This document shows, one piece after another, positions 1 to 14,706 of a stretch of DNA of 64,000 bases. Source of the DNA: Eledone cirrhosa (Eukaryota). The DNA lies in NCBI GenBank assembly GCA_964016885.1, contig OZ024745.1:100316001-100380000 (forward strand), given 5' to 3'. The notes below the pieces were generated by a model. It saw only the letters and a program-made list of their open reading frames with translations, searched no databases and was not told the origin of the DNA. A program made the translations under genes and the position numbers. How positions within the stretch are numbered: the first letter of the stretch is position 1; each line of letters starts with the position of its first letter.

Positions 1-188
1 TCTCCTAGAATTCTGCCTTGACAAAGGCTAAGGGGTCATCTCTCCCAGTGATTTTGGATGGCCATTGACTCTTAAGAGCTCCTTTGCCCTTTGACAGGTT
101 TTGTTTTTAGTCCTGCAGGATGTCCAAAGTCACCCTCCTCACCAAGAAACCTTGGTGGGGTTGCCAGTTTAGTCGCCAACGACCCGAC
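1..188 (-). mobile_element. Partial copy of an RTE-related non-autonomous retroelement, cut by the window edge
   Basis: Near-identical to 31681-31868; abuts a (TACA)/(TA) microsatellite at 189 onward. Confidence 0.7.
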
Positions 189-708
189 ATACATATATAC
201 ATATATATATATACATACATTTATATATACATACATATATACATACATACACACAAACATACATAAATACACTTACATACATATATTTATATACACACAC
301 ACACCTTTGTGATGTTTGAGATAAATAACTCTAAATGTTGACAAATCACAGGCTTTCTTTTTCTGTATGTTTGACAAATTTATAATTATGTGAAATGTCT
401 CTCATATTTCCTTCTAACCATAGAACAGAATCTAAATATATAAAGTAGCAAATTATTTTAATTAGGCATCAATTAGTAAGTGTTAATAAACTATACAAAA
501 TATATGTCATTAATGAAATAGTGGTTTATCACATTAAGTATAAAATGATATGTAAATGAGACTAGTCAACTGGATTTGCTTCAGGACATTACCAAAGTAT
601 ATAACTCTGGTTGATGAAAGTTAATCCTAATGTAAAGTAATATACCTAAATGTCTTGTGCTGTTCTGCATTTGCTACTCTGTAATCAATAATTAGTGAAA
701 TACTAATA

Positions 709-865
709 TTATAATTGTTTCTACTTTTGACACATGGCCAGCAATTACCCCAGTGCATTACTGGTACTCATCCGTAAGGATGAAAAGCAAAGTTAATCTC
801 GGTGGAATTTGAACTCAGATCATAACAGACCGTAATTCTATGCAGCAAAGCATGTCATCTGACCT
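709..865 (-). mobile_element. Degenerate tRNA-derived SINE (family A)
   Basis: Matches family-A body (ttactggtac...gtaaggatgaaa...tttgaactcag) and the tail ataattgtttctac. Confidence 0.75.
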
Positions 866-1068
866 TACAAAATCCAGAGTTATTGACATATCTTAGAGAA
901 GTGGTATTAGAGATTAATAGAAATATAAAGAGCAGAAAAATACTTTCTTGGTGTACAAAATGAATTATTTACTGAGTTAATAAATGTTGCTTCATTCTTT
1001 TAGAATGAATATTTATGGATACATATTTCTTCAATATAATGTAAAGGAAAAGTAGAAAACAAATTTAA

Positions 1069-1267
1069 CCCTTTAGTATTCACATTATATATACTACTAT
1101 ATCTTCATGGTAAAGGTTTTATCACATAATATCGAATCTATGGGATTTTCATATTATTTGTTTTTATATATATCTTAACATCAATATGAGCAGCCAGTTA
1201 TGGTCAGTTTGAACAGAAAAAGGTGAGAGAACTCAGGTCGGATACAGCCGGTTTAAATGCTAAAGAG
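1069..1267. mobile_element. piggyBac-type MITE (family P)
   Basis: TTAA at 1065-1068 and 1268-1271; ends ccctttagtatt / aatgctaaagag; inverted homolog of 21666-21873. Confidence 0.75.
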
Positions 1268-1334
1268 TTAAAAATTCAAACAATGACTTGGAAATTTCCT
1301 GTCTGCGTTAACAAGTTTCTCTAAATCCCATTTA

Positions 1335-1410
1335 TAAAATGTGCTATATTGTGCTATAAAATGTGCTATAAAATGTGCTATATATAATGTGCTATAAAAT
1401 GTGCTATATA
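1335..1410. repeat. 12-bp tandem repeat (ataaaatgtgct)n
   Basis: About six imperfect units read directly. Confidence 0.85.
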
Positions 1411-1949
1411 TAACTCTTTTGAAATGAAAGATATTGCCTGTAATTTTCAAATCATTTTGAAAATAACCAAAATCTTGGAAGGACTCCTTTTATTTTTCAC
1501 CTCTAGCAAGACAATAAAGCCACTAAAATACAATGGGTAACTGAACAGGGAAAAGAACAAGACAGAGAGAATATAGTTCCAAGAGAGAGAATTATGTTCT
1601 ACTCATCTTATTCCCTTCTTTTTTTACTATATTTAACTTACTCATTATTAAGCTGGTATTTGGAACATAGATTCTTACACAAAATGATGATGGAAGATTT
1701 TTAGATAAATATAAACCCCTTCAAATAAACAGCTTAGCAGCATAGAACCAAGGGTCTTTGCATGTGGTTTGGTATCAAAAGGGTTATGGTAACAATAGAT
1801 ACATCTACACACTTTCCTTTGACATTAATGATATTCTACACAGATAATATCACTCTACCTTTTTATGTCATCTGCATAATTTAGACACCTTACACCAAAC
1901 AGGAACTAATATGAACAGAGACCTTGAAACAACTTCCAATGGGAATATG

Positions 1950-2145
1950 ACAGCCTATCTGGTCATATCTGGCCAAAATTATCTCACATCTTTCTGTTCA
2001 AACTGGTTGTAACTGGCCGCTAGTACTGATGTACTGATTTACAAAATAAATAACATCAAAATCTGATAGATTCGATAATATGTGAGATAAATCTTTTACC
2101 TTGAAAATATAATAGTAAATATAGAGTAATGTAAATGCTAAAGGG
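1950..2145. mobile_element. piggyBac-type MITE (family P), left end decayed
   Basis: Internal homology to 21666-21873; right end gtaaatgctaaaggg|ttaa. Confidence 0.65.
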
Positions 2146-2494
2146 TTAACACAATATCACTGTACATACCATGGAAACATACATACAACAAACTACAATT
2201 TACTGATTTACTGAGACACTATTATAACGTTCCTATTTCTGTGCTAGTTTTCTGTGTATTACAATATATCTTCCTAAATCAAACTTATGCACCTGCCTCT
2301 TTTCTTTATTGTGATTCACATAACAAATCCCACATTCATGTAGCTCCATTCCTAGAAGGAGTACAGTATCATTGCTCATAGGTTTCCTACATGTATCACA
2401 CAACAACAAGTACATGTTCAACAACAAATGTAAAAACCATGTAAAACCATATAAAACCATATAAATACCAACAGCAAAAAACATGATAGAAATT

Positions 2495-2630
<136 letters not shown>

Positions 2631-5329
2631 ATCGTCATTTTAACATCCGCTTACCCTGCTTGTAAGGGTCTGTGTGTGTATGTGTGTGTGTGCATGCGTG
2701 TGTGTGTGTGGGAATGTCTGTGTGTGTATTTAAATTGCCTAGAAATTAAAATTGGTAACACTGTTGGGGGGTTAGCACTAAGAAGAGTATCCAGCTGTAT
2801 AAATATTTGCTCTGCTAATATGCAAACACTCAAATTTGCTGAGTAAACAAAAGAAACAAAAACAAAATCTTCATGTTAGTAGGAAAAATTGAATGCAAAA
2901 TATTGAAAACATGAATATAAAAGGTTATCTTCTCATATTCACTTTACTGTGATATATATATATATATATATATATATAATAATAATTGTATATAAAAAAA
3001 TGAACATTCTTGCATTGCTAATTTTTCAAGTTTGAATAAATAGTATGGGATATATTTTGTGATTGGGGTTAAGAAAAGTAAATTCAGATGTAACAAAATA
3101 TATTTGCCAGTTTTCCAGAAGTTGCTACCAGCAGATAGTAACAGCAATGGAAAGATCAATGGAAACATTGTTTCCTTGGTTTGATCTAATGATTGATACT
3201 TTTCCTTTCTTTTTTTCTTTTTCTTTTTTACAATATGGCACAAATTAAAATTTGCTGATTTTTTCACTTAATATTTTAAAATAATTAAACAACAGTTAAT
3301 TGCCATATAATTTTGTTACAATGATATTTTAATAAAAACAGCCTTGTTATTATCATAACCAGTGCATTAAAAGAGTTCATATGAAAAGAGGAATCTGAAT
3401 AATATGTATAGAAAAGGAAAAGAATAACATGAATTTGCTGAAAATATATACTTTTGTAATAAAATAAACCCAAGTAAATTGAAAAATCTTTACTACCTGA
3501 AATGATTAATAAATAAACAATATAACCACATACCTTCATATTACAGCAATCAAGGTACTCCAATAATCACTAATTTAGATATTACCTTTGTCATGTTGTA
3601 GGAAGAGTATAGAGGAAAGCAAAAGCAATTGAAATTGGATGTATGAGACATTTAGGCTATGCAATGCATCCATAAATTATATTGTAATAATCCAATATTG
3701 TATTAATTGGTAAATCCTTTGATATTCTTTGAAGTTTATATTAAATAAACAGAATATATTAAAATTGTATCAATACTAAGAAATAATTTCTTAGTATTAT
3801 ATCAATTTCAATTAGCTGGTACTCCTAGACATCTTTGTAAGCATCCTGAATTCTGATAATCCAATATTCAATTAGAGTTTAATATGAATTGTGATGATAT
3901 TCCAAATGTGAAAATGCATTAAGGAAACAGTCCATTGAATAAGTACTCCAATATTAAACTCCTTTTATTTAGAACATCTGTAAATCCAATTGATTCCAGT
4001 TCCATTAGTTCACAAATAAAACACTCTTCATTCTAATAGATGCGAAACTGCTGGCTTTGTAATATGTACAATGTGAAGAAGCAAAAGCTTTTGATAAAAC
4101 TACAACATTCAATTGTTTCATCAAATTGATTCTTTCTTTATAATATTGATGTGCACTGAAACAAAGTATGCTAACAAACAAAATATTTTCTAAATTTCTG
4201 ACAATAATTTTCTAACAACAACCATCAATTTTAAATGATTAAAAAAAAATTAGCTGTATCAAAATATTTTGTGGATTTCAATAATCTCTATTTTTAATTA
4301 TTGACAGAAAAGTAACCAGGCACATGATGATCTATATTTATATAAATTAATACTCTATTAAACTAATTAATAGGGAATATTTGTAAAAAATCTTTCGTTG
4401 ATATCCAAAAGAACTAAAATGAACTGATATCAGTTATATTATCAAAAGAAAGGAAATAATAGTAAACGTTTAATTAGCATTGTATTTTGTATTCTGGTGA
4501 CAAAATTGCTAGAATATTGGAAGTTCAACAAAGATACATTTTGATTAATAAAAATAAAAATGTATACCACAAATAGCACACATTCCATTATAAAATAGTT
4601 TAAAATAATATATTTTAATAGTTGTAATTCTTTAAGGTTTTAGAATAATTTTGCACATTTAGTTGTTGGTGATATTTTATAATTAGGGCTTCAAAAGGGT
4701 TTTAAGTAGATTGAATCTGGTTCCATACCATTAAATTCATTTCAATAGTAAAAGACACATAGGAAAATACTGCTTAATAATGGAGTAATGGTTGCAAGCT
4801 GTTGTAGATGGAAATTTTGAGTGTGTGTTTGGTGAGTATTTCATTTAGATGTGTTAACTGTGTACATCAGGGAGGAACCGTTTGGGTGTCAAAATAACCA
4901 GCAACACAAATTTACTAAATATAAAAAGTGATTTCCATTTTGTTGTGAAAATACTAATTTGATACATGGAATGCACATAAATAATTCCATAGCAATGTGT
5001 TTGTCTCTCATGATTGAACTAGTTTTATGAGACTTATTTTATTCCATGCAATTATATAAATAATATTTAATATATATGTTTATGGGAACATGGGAAGGGG
5101 ATCACAATCATGTGCATACATATGTTACTACATCTATATAAAAATGTATGTATCTTTCATATATAAATAAAGGTTATACTTGTTTACAAGCTTATGTGGG
5201 TGCAATTTGCTCATTTTGTTTTACTCCTGTAGATATATTACATATATAAAGGATAGTTATAGACAACACACCAATGATATATATTTTCTACATACACACA
5301 CAAGTCATGACTAGTAGATTTTTATGAGA

Positions 5330-7810
5330 CCCTTCAGTATATTTCCTCAATACTCAGTGAAAACAATCTCATTATCATGGTTGGCAATTTCAATGAACAT
5401 GTTGGGAAGCAGCAGGATAGATTCTAGGATGTGTATGGAGACTATGTTTTTAGTGTGAGGCAAAAACAAACTTCAGGTAATCAGCCAGCCAGCCAACTGA
5501 TGATTTATAAGTCAGGTGAACACTCAGGCTAGATAACCTTTATTCAAACAAGGATAAGGGACAATCAGATTATTGTAAAAGCAAAGTCTTTCCTCATGAG
5601 GAATGTACCACCCAACATAGACATGGAAGGTGAAAGAGCTCTTAATGAGCCATTGGCTCAGAGAATTTCTAACTGATGCATATGACAGGAGAGAAAAAGA
5701 GACAGATACATATAAGAGAAGACAATTGGGTATTTCTCTGAGACAACCTATTGAATGAAAGCTACAGACTATCAGTGGCTGGTGTAAGGTTACAATATGA
5801 CACAAGGGGATATGGTAGTGGAATAGTGCTGTAGATAGAGCTACAAAAGCTAAGAGATGGACTAGAAGAAAAGTTAAATGTAAGGTTTACCAGCGAAAAG
5901 CAGAAAGCAAAAGGTTTGCTCGTGTTCTTCCATGTGAGGATGAGAGGCATGTATAAGGCAATGTATAAGAGAAAATCCAGATGTCATTGGAGAGAAATCT
6001 GTTAAGAGTAATAATGGTATACCTGCTCTTACTGACACTGGAAAGAAAGAGGCATGGAAGTGGTATTATGAGAAGCTGCGGAATATAGAGAATGTATGAG
6101 AAAGAAAGAGGCATGGAAGTGGTATTATGAGAAGCTGCGGAATATAGAGAATGTATGAGAAAGAAAGGGTCTTTCATCAAGTAGACCTAACAGAAGAACT
6201 TGTCATTAAAATTGATAGCACTATGGTCTCTAGAGCAGTTAGGGGTCTGAAAACAGGGCAGAGAGTTAGCCTATCAGGAATATTTGCTGAATAGAGTACA
6301 GGCTAGTCACCTACATTGTCAACCAGGTAATACAGGCAGTTGTTATACTTGATGAGACGTGTAGTAACATCCTTGTTAATTACTACAAAGGCAAAGGTGA
6401 TGCACTTAAGTGAAACAACTACAGAGGCATAAAATTACTTGACCAGATTATGAAAGCTATTTAAACAGTTATCACAAAATTGATCAGAAGCAGACTAAAG
6501 TAGAGGATATGCAGTTTGAATTTGTGCCAGGAAAAAGTACAATTGATACCATCTTCTTAGTGAGAAAACTAGCAAATGCTAACCACATTACGGAGAGTGC
6601 ACTTGCACCAACACTAATGGGATTGCTTTGAAGCTTAGCAAGGAATAAGCATCTACACTTATAATTTATTGATCTGGAGAAGGCCTTGGAGAATGTTGAA
6701 AATTTTAGAGGTATATGAATAGTGTGTAAGGGTTGTACAAAGCATGTACAGTGTGGAGTCAGCAAGATGAAAGTCAAGAATGAGTGCAGTGATGAATTTA
6801 GCATGCAGGAAGGGCCACACGAAGGCCCAGTCCCCAGGCCCCTCCTATTTATTATAGAGTTTAAGACTGGCTGTCCATAAGAACTCATATGCAGATAACC
6901 TGGTTGCAATACCTAACTCTCTAAAGGAGTTAGGGAGGAAATTCCAGACATGGAAGCAAAACCTGGAATTAATTGTCCTCAGAGTAAACTTAGAAAAGTC
7001 AAAAGGTTTAGCAAGTAGGAAACAAGGCAGGACCTTACTAAGGAAGTGTCCCTGCTTGATATGCAGAAAATGAGTAGGTAGAAATTCCATGTGGTGTATT
7101 CAGTGCAAACTATGAATTTACAAGCAGGCTGATGGAAAACGTTGACTTTGTATGTGGTTTATATAGACAAGAATAGTTGGCAGTAAAAAAAACAGACACA
7201 CACACATACACACACAAAGTGAATTACTTCAAATGCTCAGAAAGCACATCAGAAGTAGTTGGTAGCTTCTGTTACATTTGTGATCTAATCGGTAATGGAG
7301 GTGGGTGAACTGAATGCATAATAGCTATAACAAGAATATGGTGAAAAATGTTCAGGCAGCTGTTACTTTGGCTGACCAAAATACTTTTTTCTCAGAGTAA
7401 AGAACAGTCTGTATCATACTTGTATATGAACTGTGATACCATATAACAGTGAGATACGAGTCTTGAATGCAAAAGATCTTTGGTGGTTGGAAAGAAAGGT
7501 GGTGAGAATGTTCCATTGGATGTGTAATGTTAGTATATATATGAATGATGGAGCTCAAATGAGTTGAGTGAAAAACTGGGTACTAGAGGTATTCGATGAA
7601 GTGAACAAAAGAGAAAGCTGCATAGGTATGGACTTGTGGTGTGTATGGAGACTGGCATTCCAATAAATAAAATATTGAAGTTAATGAAACCTGTGAAAGA
7701 GAAATCTTCATGAGACAGTAAATGATATGGTGAAAACTGACCTCAAGAAGCTGAACCTTACAATGGAGAATATAAAAGACCATGGAGATTGGAAGTACAT
7801 AGTACAAACA
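5330..7810 (+). mobile_element. Highly decayed RTE-clade LINE ORF2 (endonuclease remnant, RT, C-terminus)
   Basis: Broken translations NYYKGKGDAL, NYRGIKLLDQIMK, MQFEFVPGKSTIDTIFLVRKL, FIDLEKA; colinear with 41975-44250; many stops and frameshifts. Confidence 0.85.
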
Positions 7811-8635
7811 AAGGGGTCAATTTACTCCTATTAAGTCTTTTTTTCCAGTAAGGCCCTATCTGTTACACCCCTTTCACCCTTGCATCTATCACCCCCTACC
7901 ATCTTCTGTGCAATGCTACCATGTAGTAAATATAGGTTTTTGACTTATTAGATAAAATATGTAGTTGTTTTGATGAAGCTTAAAGACTTTTTCAGTCATT
8001 TTGGAAGCTTTTGTGAATTCTACTGAATAATATTCTTTTTAATAGATTAAAAAAGTTAGTTTTGAATGTTTGTGTTTTTAATAAGTGGTGAAGTCTTGTG
8101 TGTTCTGAAACCAAATTAAATTACATTCCTAGCAGACATAGTATTGCCAAAGAAATATGTCCATTATCTCTTTGGTGTTTTCTACATGACACTACATTTT
8201 GGTGGAATCAGGATGTTATAGGATGTTATAGGATGTATAGGGTTCTAGTCCCCAATATATACTATGCATGTTTTAGAATAAGGAATTGCATAAACAAAGA
8301 AGAAAAAGGGAGTACTCAATAGGTTATTGTAGTGCTGAATCAGTTTTTGTAAGCTGAAAACTTCTTTATAGTTATTCCATGTTTCATATTCTCTGTTCTT
8401 CATATAGTATAGAATGGAGGAGTATGTATAACAGGTTAATAAAGCATCCTCCAGTACCCCTACTCCCGAAAGGTATTTGTTGTTGATTAGATATTATGAT
8501 TGTGTGTGGTCCTTTATAATCATGTATTTAGTGCACTACCTTCAAGAGATTTAATAGTTTTTTTTCCAAGTCTTTTATTTTGTTTGTTAATTTCTTTTTG
8601 TCAAATTACTAAGTTACAGAGCATAGACAAACAGT

Positions 8636-8642
8636 AAACACA

Positions 8643-8714
<72 letters not shown>

Positions 8715-8766
8715 AACAAACACACACACACACACACACACAAACACGCACACACAAACACACACA
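8636..8766. repeat. (CA)n microsatellite
   Basis: Read directly. Confidence 0.95.
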
Positions 8767-9240
8767 AATAGGCTTCCTCGTAGTTTCTGTTTTGCCAAAG
8801 TTTGCCTCATGTTTCATTGGTGCACCTGAGGCAATGGTAGAAGATACTTGCCCAGGGTGCCACATAAACCAAAACCATGTGGCTTCCCATACACACACAT
8901 GCAGTCAATACAAACACCTGCATATATTCATATAAACAAAATATATAAATGTGAATGGATCCTTATCCACCATTCCTAGGCAGCCGTTGGATAAGTGATC
9001 ATCTACAGAAAACCTATTTTTTTGCTGAATTTTAATGTCTGTCATCTTTGAAAGAACTCTTCTACAAAACATTTGTATACACATGCATATAAGTGCCTGT
9101 TCATGGGTGAGCATGTGTTCACATTCCTCTATGTATGTGTGTCTACATATTGCATATGTAAGTGCATGAGGATGCATGTGTGTGGATATGCATATTCTCG
9201 TATTTACAAGTATTTGTCAGTGCATGTGTGTTTCTATGGG

Positions 9241-9294
<54 letters not shown>

Positions 9295-11779
9295 AGGATA
9301 TATATATGGTTGTACATCTTTATATTTATATAGACATGTGTATCTGTATATTTTGTATGTAAGACTGCTGATGTGTATATGTATGGGTGCACATATCAAT
9401 CAATATGCACATATACACATATGATTGACTAGATTGGTTGCCTTTGCCCACATCTCCATACAGTTTTATTTATTTGGAGTTACTGCTCTTCTAGATATGG
9501 TACCCTCTCAATATCTTCATCTTCTTGTATATGAGATAGCTGCAATTATATGATGTCCCTTAGGTGTTGTGACCAGTTCACAGTGGTGGGATTAGGTGTA
9601 TGAGGTCCATATTCTCAGGTGGGCAGAGATCTGAGCACTGACTCAGTATATGTTGAGCAGTCTGCTCTGGCAAACCACACTGGCAAGCTGCAGATTGAGC
9701 TTTGGTCCTTCACTATATATTTCTGAATGTAATGCATGTATATATATATATATCATCTTTGTTTAATCTCCATTTTCCATGCTAGCATGGGTCAGACGGG
9801 TTGTCCCATTAGAGGCAAGTTGGGTCACATGACCGTGTCTTGCTCATATAGAACTATTCTGTTTCTGGTTAGGTTTTTATGGCTGGATGCCCTACACACA
9901 CACATTTATATATATATATAAATCAGGTGGACCACCTTTCCCCCTCACTCTTTTCCCCACAAATATTTCATATATAACATTTTCAATTATATATATAATA
10001 AATAGTGAAAATACGCAAATTATGTTTATATTTGTAAGAAATAAACTATTAGGTATGTTAATAATCAAAACAATTATCGTTCATATAAAATCTCATTTGT
10101 GTTTGATACATGAAAATATAGGCTTAATGGCCTATGTAAAAATATTCTCCACTAGAAAATATCCACTCTATTGTAATTAAAATGAAAACATTTAGCTTCA
10201 TTTGTCTAAATTGCTGCATTACATTGGTTTCACAACTCAGCATATATGAAAGTATTTTTATTTCCATTTCAGCATTTAAAAAAATATTTACAAATCTAAT
10301 TATTTATGACTACTTTACTACTCAAATTTCAACTAGTTCTATATAAAATCTGAAGTATGATACTATCCTGTAGTTATATTTTAAAAGATTGTGCTAGCAA
10401 AAACAATGGAACAAAATTTATACGTAATATTTAGTATGCTATATCAATAATCTGTAATATACTTCATATTTTAAATCATGTTAATTATGTATTTCATATT
10501 TATAGAATGTAACAAGTATCAACTGAATTCTTATAGATTATATTCCTAATCAACATCTCCCACCATAATCCTCTTCTACCTCCTCATCGATTTTACATTC
10601 ACTTCTCCATACTGCCTTAGTATGGATGAGATTTTATGAGATCATATTCTATAGCTAGATGCCCTTTCTGATACCAACCCATACTTTAGTTTTAAAATAT
10701 ATGCTATTGGTTTTCATCAAACCACTAAGCTGCAGGACATATTCTTTATATAAGACACAAACAAAGTCTTTGTTTGTGCCTTACATAAAGACACATAAAG
10801 ACATACACACATATATTAAAGGAATGGGCCTCAGTTGGCTTTTAAAATAATGTGTAAATGGCAAAGTATTCATCAGACACATATACACTTACTGCAATTC
10901 TCAGGCTAGTCTTTTGAATAACATGTACAGTCTATTTGACAGGCTTCCCAATAGTTTCCATTTACCCAATTTCACTTAAGCTGTGGTAAATGACACTTGT
11001 TCAAGATTCCACACAGTGGGATTCAACCCAAGACCTAATGATTGTAAAGCAAACTTCTTAACCATTCGGCCATTCTGACACACACAAGGAGATTCCACAG
11101 TTTCTGTTTACACTCACAATACATTGGTCAGCTTGAAGCTATAAAAAGAAATTTCCCCAGGTTACCACATAAGCAAGTATTTTCTATGTTAAAGTTTTGC
11201 CTAATACTTAACTGAAAAAAAAACAACTTCATTGATTCAAAGTTAGAATATATTAATAAAAATTCTATTAATATTAGACAAATCTCTGGATGTATTTGCT
11301 CAATGTACTGTTTATAATATCTTTCATTGCATAAAAATTAGGTTTTTTTTAATCAGCTTGGTTAAATGTTGAAATAATAACATGAATTATGAATGTGCAA
11401 AAGGGAAAATTAAATCAGTAATATTTTTATATGAAGGCAGGTAGAACAGTGGCTAGGGTGTAAGGACACATAGTCATAAGGTTATAGGTTCAATTTCTGT
11501 ATTGTGTAGCATGTTGTGCTCTTGAGCAAGAACTTTCATATCATGTTGCTTTTCACAAAAGTATTGGAGCTCTTGTTAAAACACACAAGATCCTTCCTAT
11601 GAAATGCAACCTCATAGGAAACCAGCTAAACCTTCATATGTGTGAGTTGCAAATTTTAAATAAAACTTTCATTTTTTTTAAATGTCTGTCTGAGATATTT
11701 ATCTCCAGGATAACTTCAGAAAAAAAAAAAATTTTGATAACATTTCTTTGCAATCTTGCCAGCAAGTAGAGAGCTGGTT

Positions 11780-11966
11780 ATAATTGTTTCTAATTTAGGC
11801 ACAAGGCCAGCAAATACCCAGTGCATTACTGGTACTTTATTTTATCGACCCCGTAAGGATGAAAGGCAAAGTCAACCTCGGCGGGATTTGAACTCAGATC
11901 GTAAAGGGACGTAACTATGCTGGAAAGCATTGCGTCCGACCCTCTACCGATACTGCCAATCCACCG
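11780..11966 (-). mobile_element. tRNA-derived SINE family A, near full length
   Basis: Minus-strand head ggtggattggcagtatcggtagag (A-box-like), gagttcaaatccc (B-box), conserved body ttgcctttcatccttacggggtcgataaaataaagtaccagt. Confidence 0.85.
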
Positions 11967-12099
11967 CTGGTTATAATAAACTCCAATCAGGAAGAGAATG
12001 AATGAATGAATGTATACACATACACATACACACATGCAAGCGTGCGTACTTCTTCCTTTGGTTGTTTCTTGAAATCATAGATAACATCCACTCCTTTAT

Positions 12100-12316
12100 C
12101 CCTTTACTATTTACATTACTCTATATTTACAATTGTATTTTTGCAGTAAAGGCTTTATTTTACATAACTATCTCACATAATATCGAATCTATGAGATTTT
12201 GATATTATTTTGAGAACAATACCTTAACGTTAGTTTGTGTGGCCCGTTATGGCTGGCTTGAACAGAAAGAGGTAAGAGAATTCTAGCTGGATATGGTTGG
12301 TTAAAATGTTAAAGGG
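12100..12316. mobile_element. piggyBac-type MITE (family P)
   Basis: ccctttactattta...aaatgttaaaggg|ttaa; homologous to 1069-1267. Confidence 0.7.
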
Positions 12317-12780
12317 TTAATAGTGTAGCTGAACAGTTTCTATCCTACATTTACATATTCTCATACACATATGATGATTGTAACAATAGTAAGTAATGAC
12401 TGTTTCTTTATTAAAATTAGGTTATAGGAAGAATTCAAAGAAATATAAAAGAAATGTAATACATAAACACAAAATTTCACAGATCCTCATACATGCATGC
12501 ACACATACATATATGGAAATCTATATGGAAGAAATGATAAGTTGTATGGATGGAAAAACAAATAAGTTGAACGAAAATAATTTGAAGTTAATGGCACAAT
12601 ATTAGAAATGGTCCTAAACAAAATTACAAACAGAAAATCTGAGGGCCCAGATTTTATAACAGAATATTGGTTGAAGAATCTCACTTTTTATCACTTTTTA
12701 TCTCACTTTTTATCACATATTTAAAGAGCATCAGAGGTTGATTGGATATACCTAAACAATTGTTAACTGCCATTACTCTT

Positions 12781-13930
12781 CTTATTCCTAGAACAAGCCC
12801 AAACCACCTGAGCCACGTATTTCAAGACCAAGCCCAAACCACCTGAGCCACTTATTCCTGGAACAAGCCCAAACACCTGAGCCACTTATTCCCAGAACAA
12901 GCCCATCCACCTGAGCCACATATTTCAAGAACAAGCCCAAACCACCTAAGCCACTTATTCCTAGAACAAGCCCAAACCAACTGAGCCACTTATTTCAAGA
13001 ACAAGCCCAAACCACCTGAGCCACTTATTCCTAGAACAAGCCCAAACCACCTGAGCCACATATTTCAAGAACAAGCCCAAACCACCTGAGCCACGTATTT
13101 CAAGACCAAGCCCAAACCACCTGAGCCACTTAATCCCAGAACAAGCCCAAACCACCTGAGCCACTTATTTCAAGAACAAGCCCAAACCACTTGAGTCACA
13201 TATTTCAAGAACAGGCCCAAACCACCTGAGCCACATATTTCAAGAACAGCCCAAACCACCTGAGCCACATATTTCAAGACCAAGCCCAAACCACCTGAGC
13301 CACGTATTTCAAGACCAAGCCCAAACCACCTGAGCCACTTATTCCTGGAACAAGCCCAAACCACCTGAGCCACTTATTCCCAGAACAAGCCCATCCACCT
13401 GAGCCACATATTTCAAGAACAAGCCCAAACCACCTAAGCCACTTATTCCTAGAACAAGCCCAAACCAACTGAGCCACTTATTTCAAGAACAAGCCCAAAC
13501 CACCTGAGCCACTTATTCCTAGAACAAGCCCAAACCACCTGAGCCACATATTTCAAGAACAAGCCCAAACACCTGAGCCACTTATTCCCAGAACAAGCCC
13601 ATCCACCTGAGCCACATATTTCAAGAACAAGCCCAAACCACCTAAGCCACTTAATCCCAGAACAAGCCCAAACCACCTGAGCCACTTATTTCAAGAACAA
13701 GCCCAAACCACTTGAGTCACATATTTCAAGAACAGGCCCAAACCACCTGAGCCACATATTTCAAGAACAAGCCCAAACCACCTGAGCCACATATTTCAAG
13801 AACAAGCCCAAACCACCTGAGCCACATCTTTCAAGAACAAGCCCAAACCACCTGAGCCACTTATTCCTGGAACAAGCCCAAACCTCCTGAGCCACTTATT
13901 TCAAGAACAAGCCCAAAGCACCTGAGCCAA
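12781..13930. repeat. 35-bp minisatellite, ~33 units, with higher-order structure
   Basis: Unit gaacaagcccaaaccacctgagccacttattccta, with variant ...cacatatttcaa; no unique spacers between units. Confidence 0.95.
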
Positions 13931-14264
13931 AAATTACTGGTTGTATTGATCTGTTGTTTCAGGGCCATTGTACCACCTACAATATTATAACACCTGAACA
14001 AGCTAGAAGAAAGAAATATAAAATAGCTACTGATCAGCTGTAGTGAATATTAACAACCAGTGGTAGTTAACATTCAGCACTTAACCAAGACTTGATTCAC
14101 TACTAACTCTCTAAGAGATGATAGCAAAAAAATCAAATCTACCACCATACACTTCCAGAAAGGTATCTTACAAAGTATTAAATTTATCAATGCTAGTCTG
14201 TCTTCTTATTAAACCTATTATCATATCTGCCTACAAAATATTATTTATAAAAATAAATAATAGG

Positions 14265-14450
14265 GAGGTGAATTGGCAGTATCGGTAGAGGGTCAGACAT
14301 GCTTTCCAGCATAGTTACATCCCTTTATGATCTGAGTTCAAATCCCTCTAAGGTTAACTTTGCCTTTCATCCATACGGGGTCGATAAAATAAAGTACCAG
14401 TAATGTACTGGGTAATTGCTGGCCTTGTGCCAAAAGTAGAAACAATTATT
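14265..14450 (+). mobile_element. tRNA-derived SINE family A
   Basis: ggtgaattggcagtatcggtagag head, gagttcaaatccc B-box, family tail gtagaaacaattatt. Confidence 0.85.
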
Positions 14451-14706
14451 TATCCTAAATCAAAAAATGTCTGTCTTCACAGGCAACTTATGTATTATCC
14501 ACATAAAATCAACTGGATGCCATTATCCAATATTTTACATAGAATGAAATTTGCTGAGTCAAACTATACATTGTTTATGGTAAGATGAAGAAAGATTGTG
14601 CTCCGCCACCCTCAATGAATGGTTTGATAATACAGTCTTTACATTCACCTGGGAAGTATAAATATCTTGAATAAGATGAGTATGTTGAGTATGATGGACT
14701 CATTAA

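Noticed and set aside
2654-2669. Possible minus-strand micro-exon followed by gtaagc
   Set aside because: It lies within a decayed copy of the (GAT)n-tailed repeat, and the acceptor is only a CA microsatellite.
3280-4830. Repeat-poor stretch that looks like a decayed ORF or endogenous viral remnant
   Set aside because: The frames I translated contain frequent stops and no recognisable motif; blastx would be needed.
9924-9960. Minus-strand GKRVRGKGGPP as a possible next collagen exon
   Set aside because: It is not in Gly-X-Y register and has no acceptor or donor sites.
11890-11966. SINE heads as tRNA genes
   Set aside because: A and B boxes are present but no cloverleaf, and each continues into a multi-copy SINE body.
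12781-13930. CRISPR-like appearance of the 35-bp repeats, and their repetitive ORFs
   Set aside because: Units are contiguous with no unique spacers, there are no cas genes, and the context is eukaryotic.
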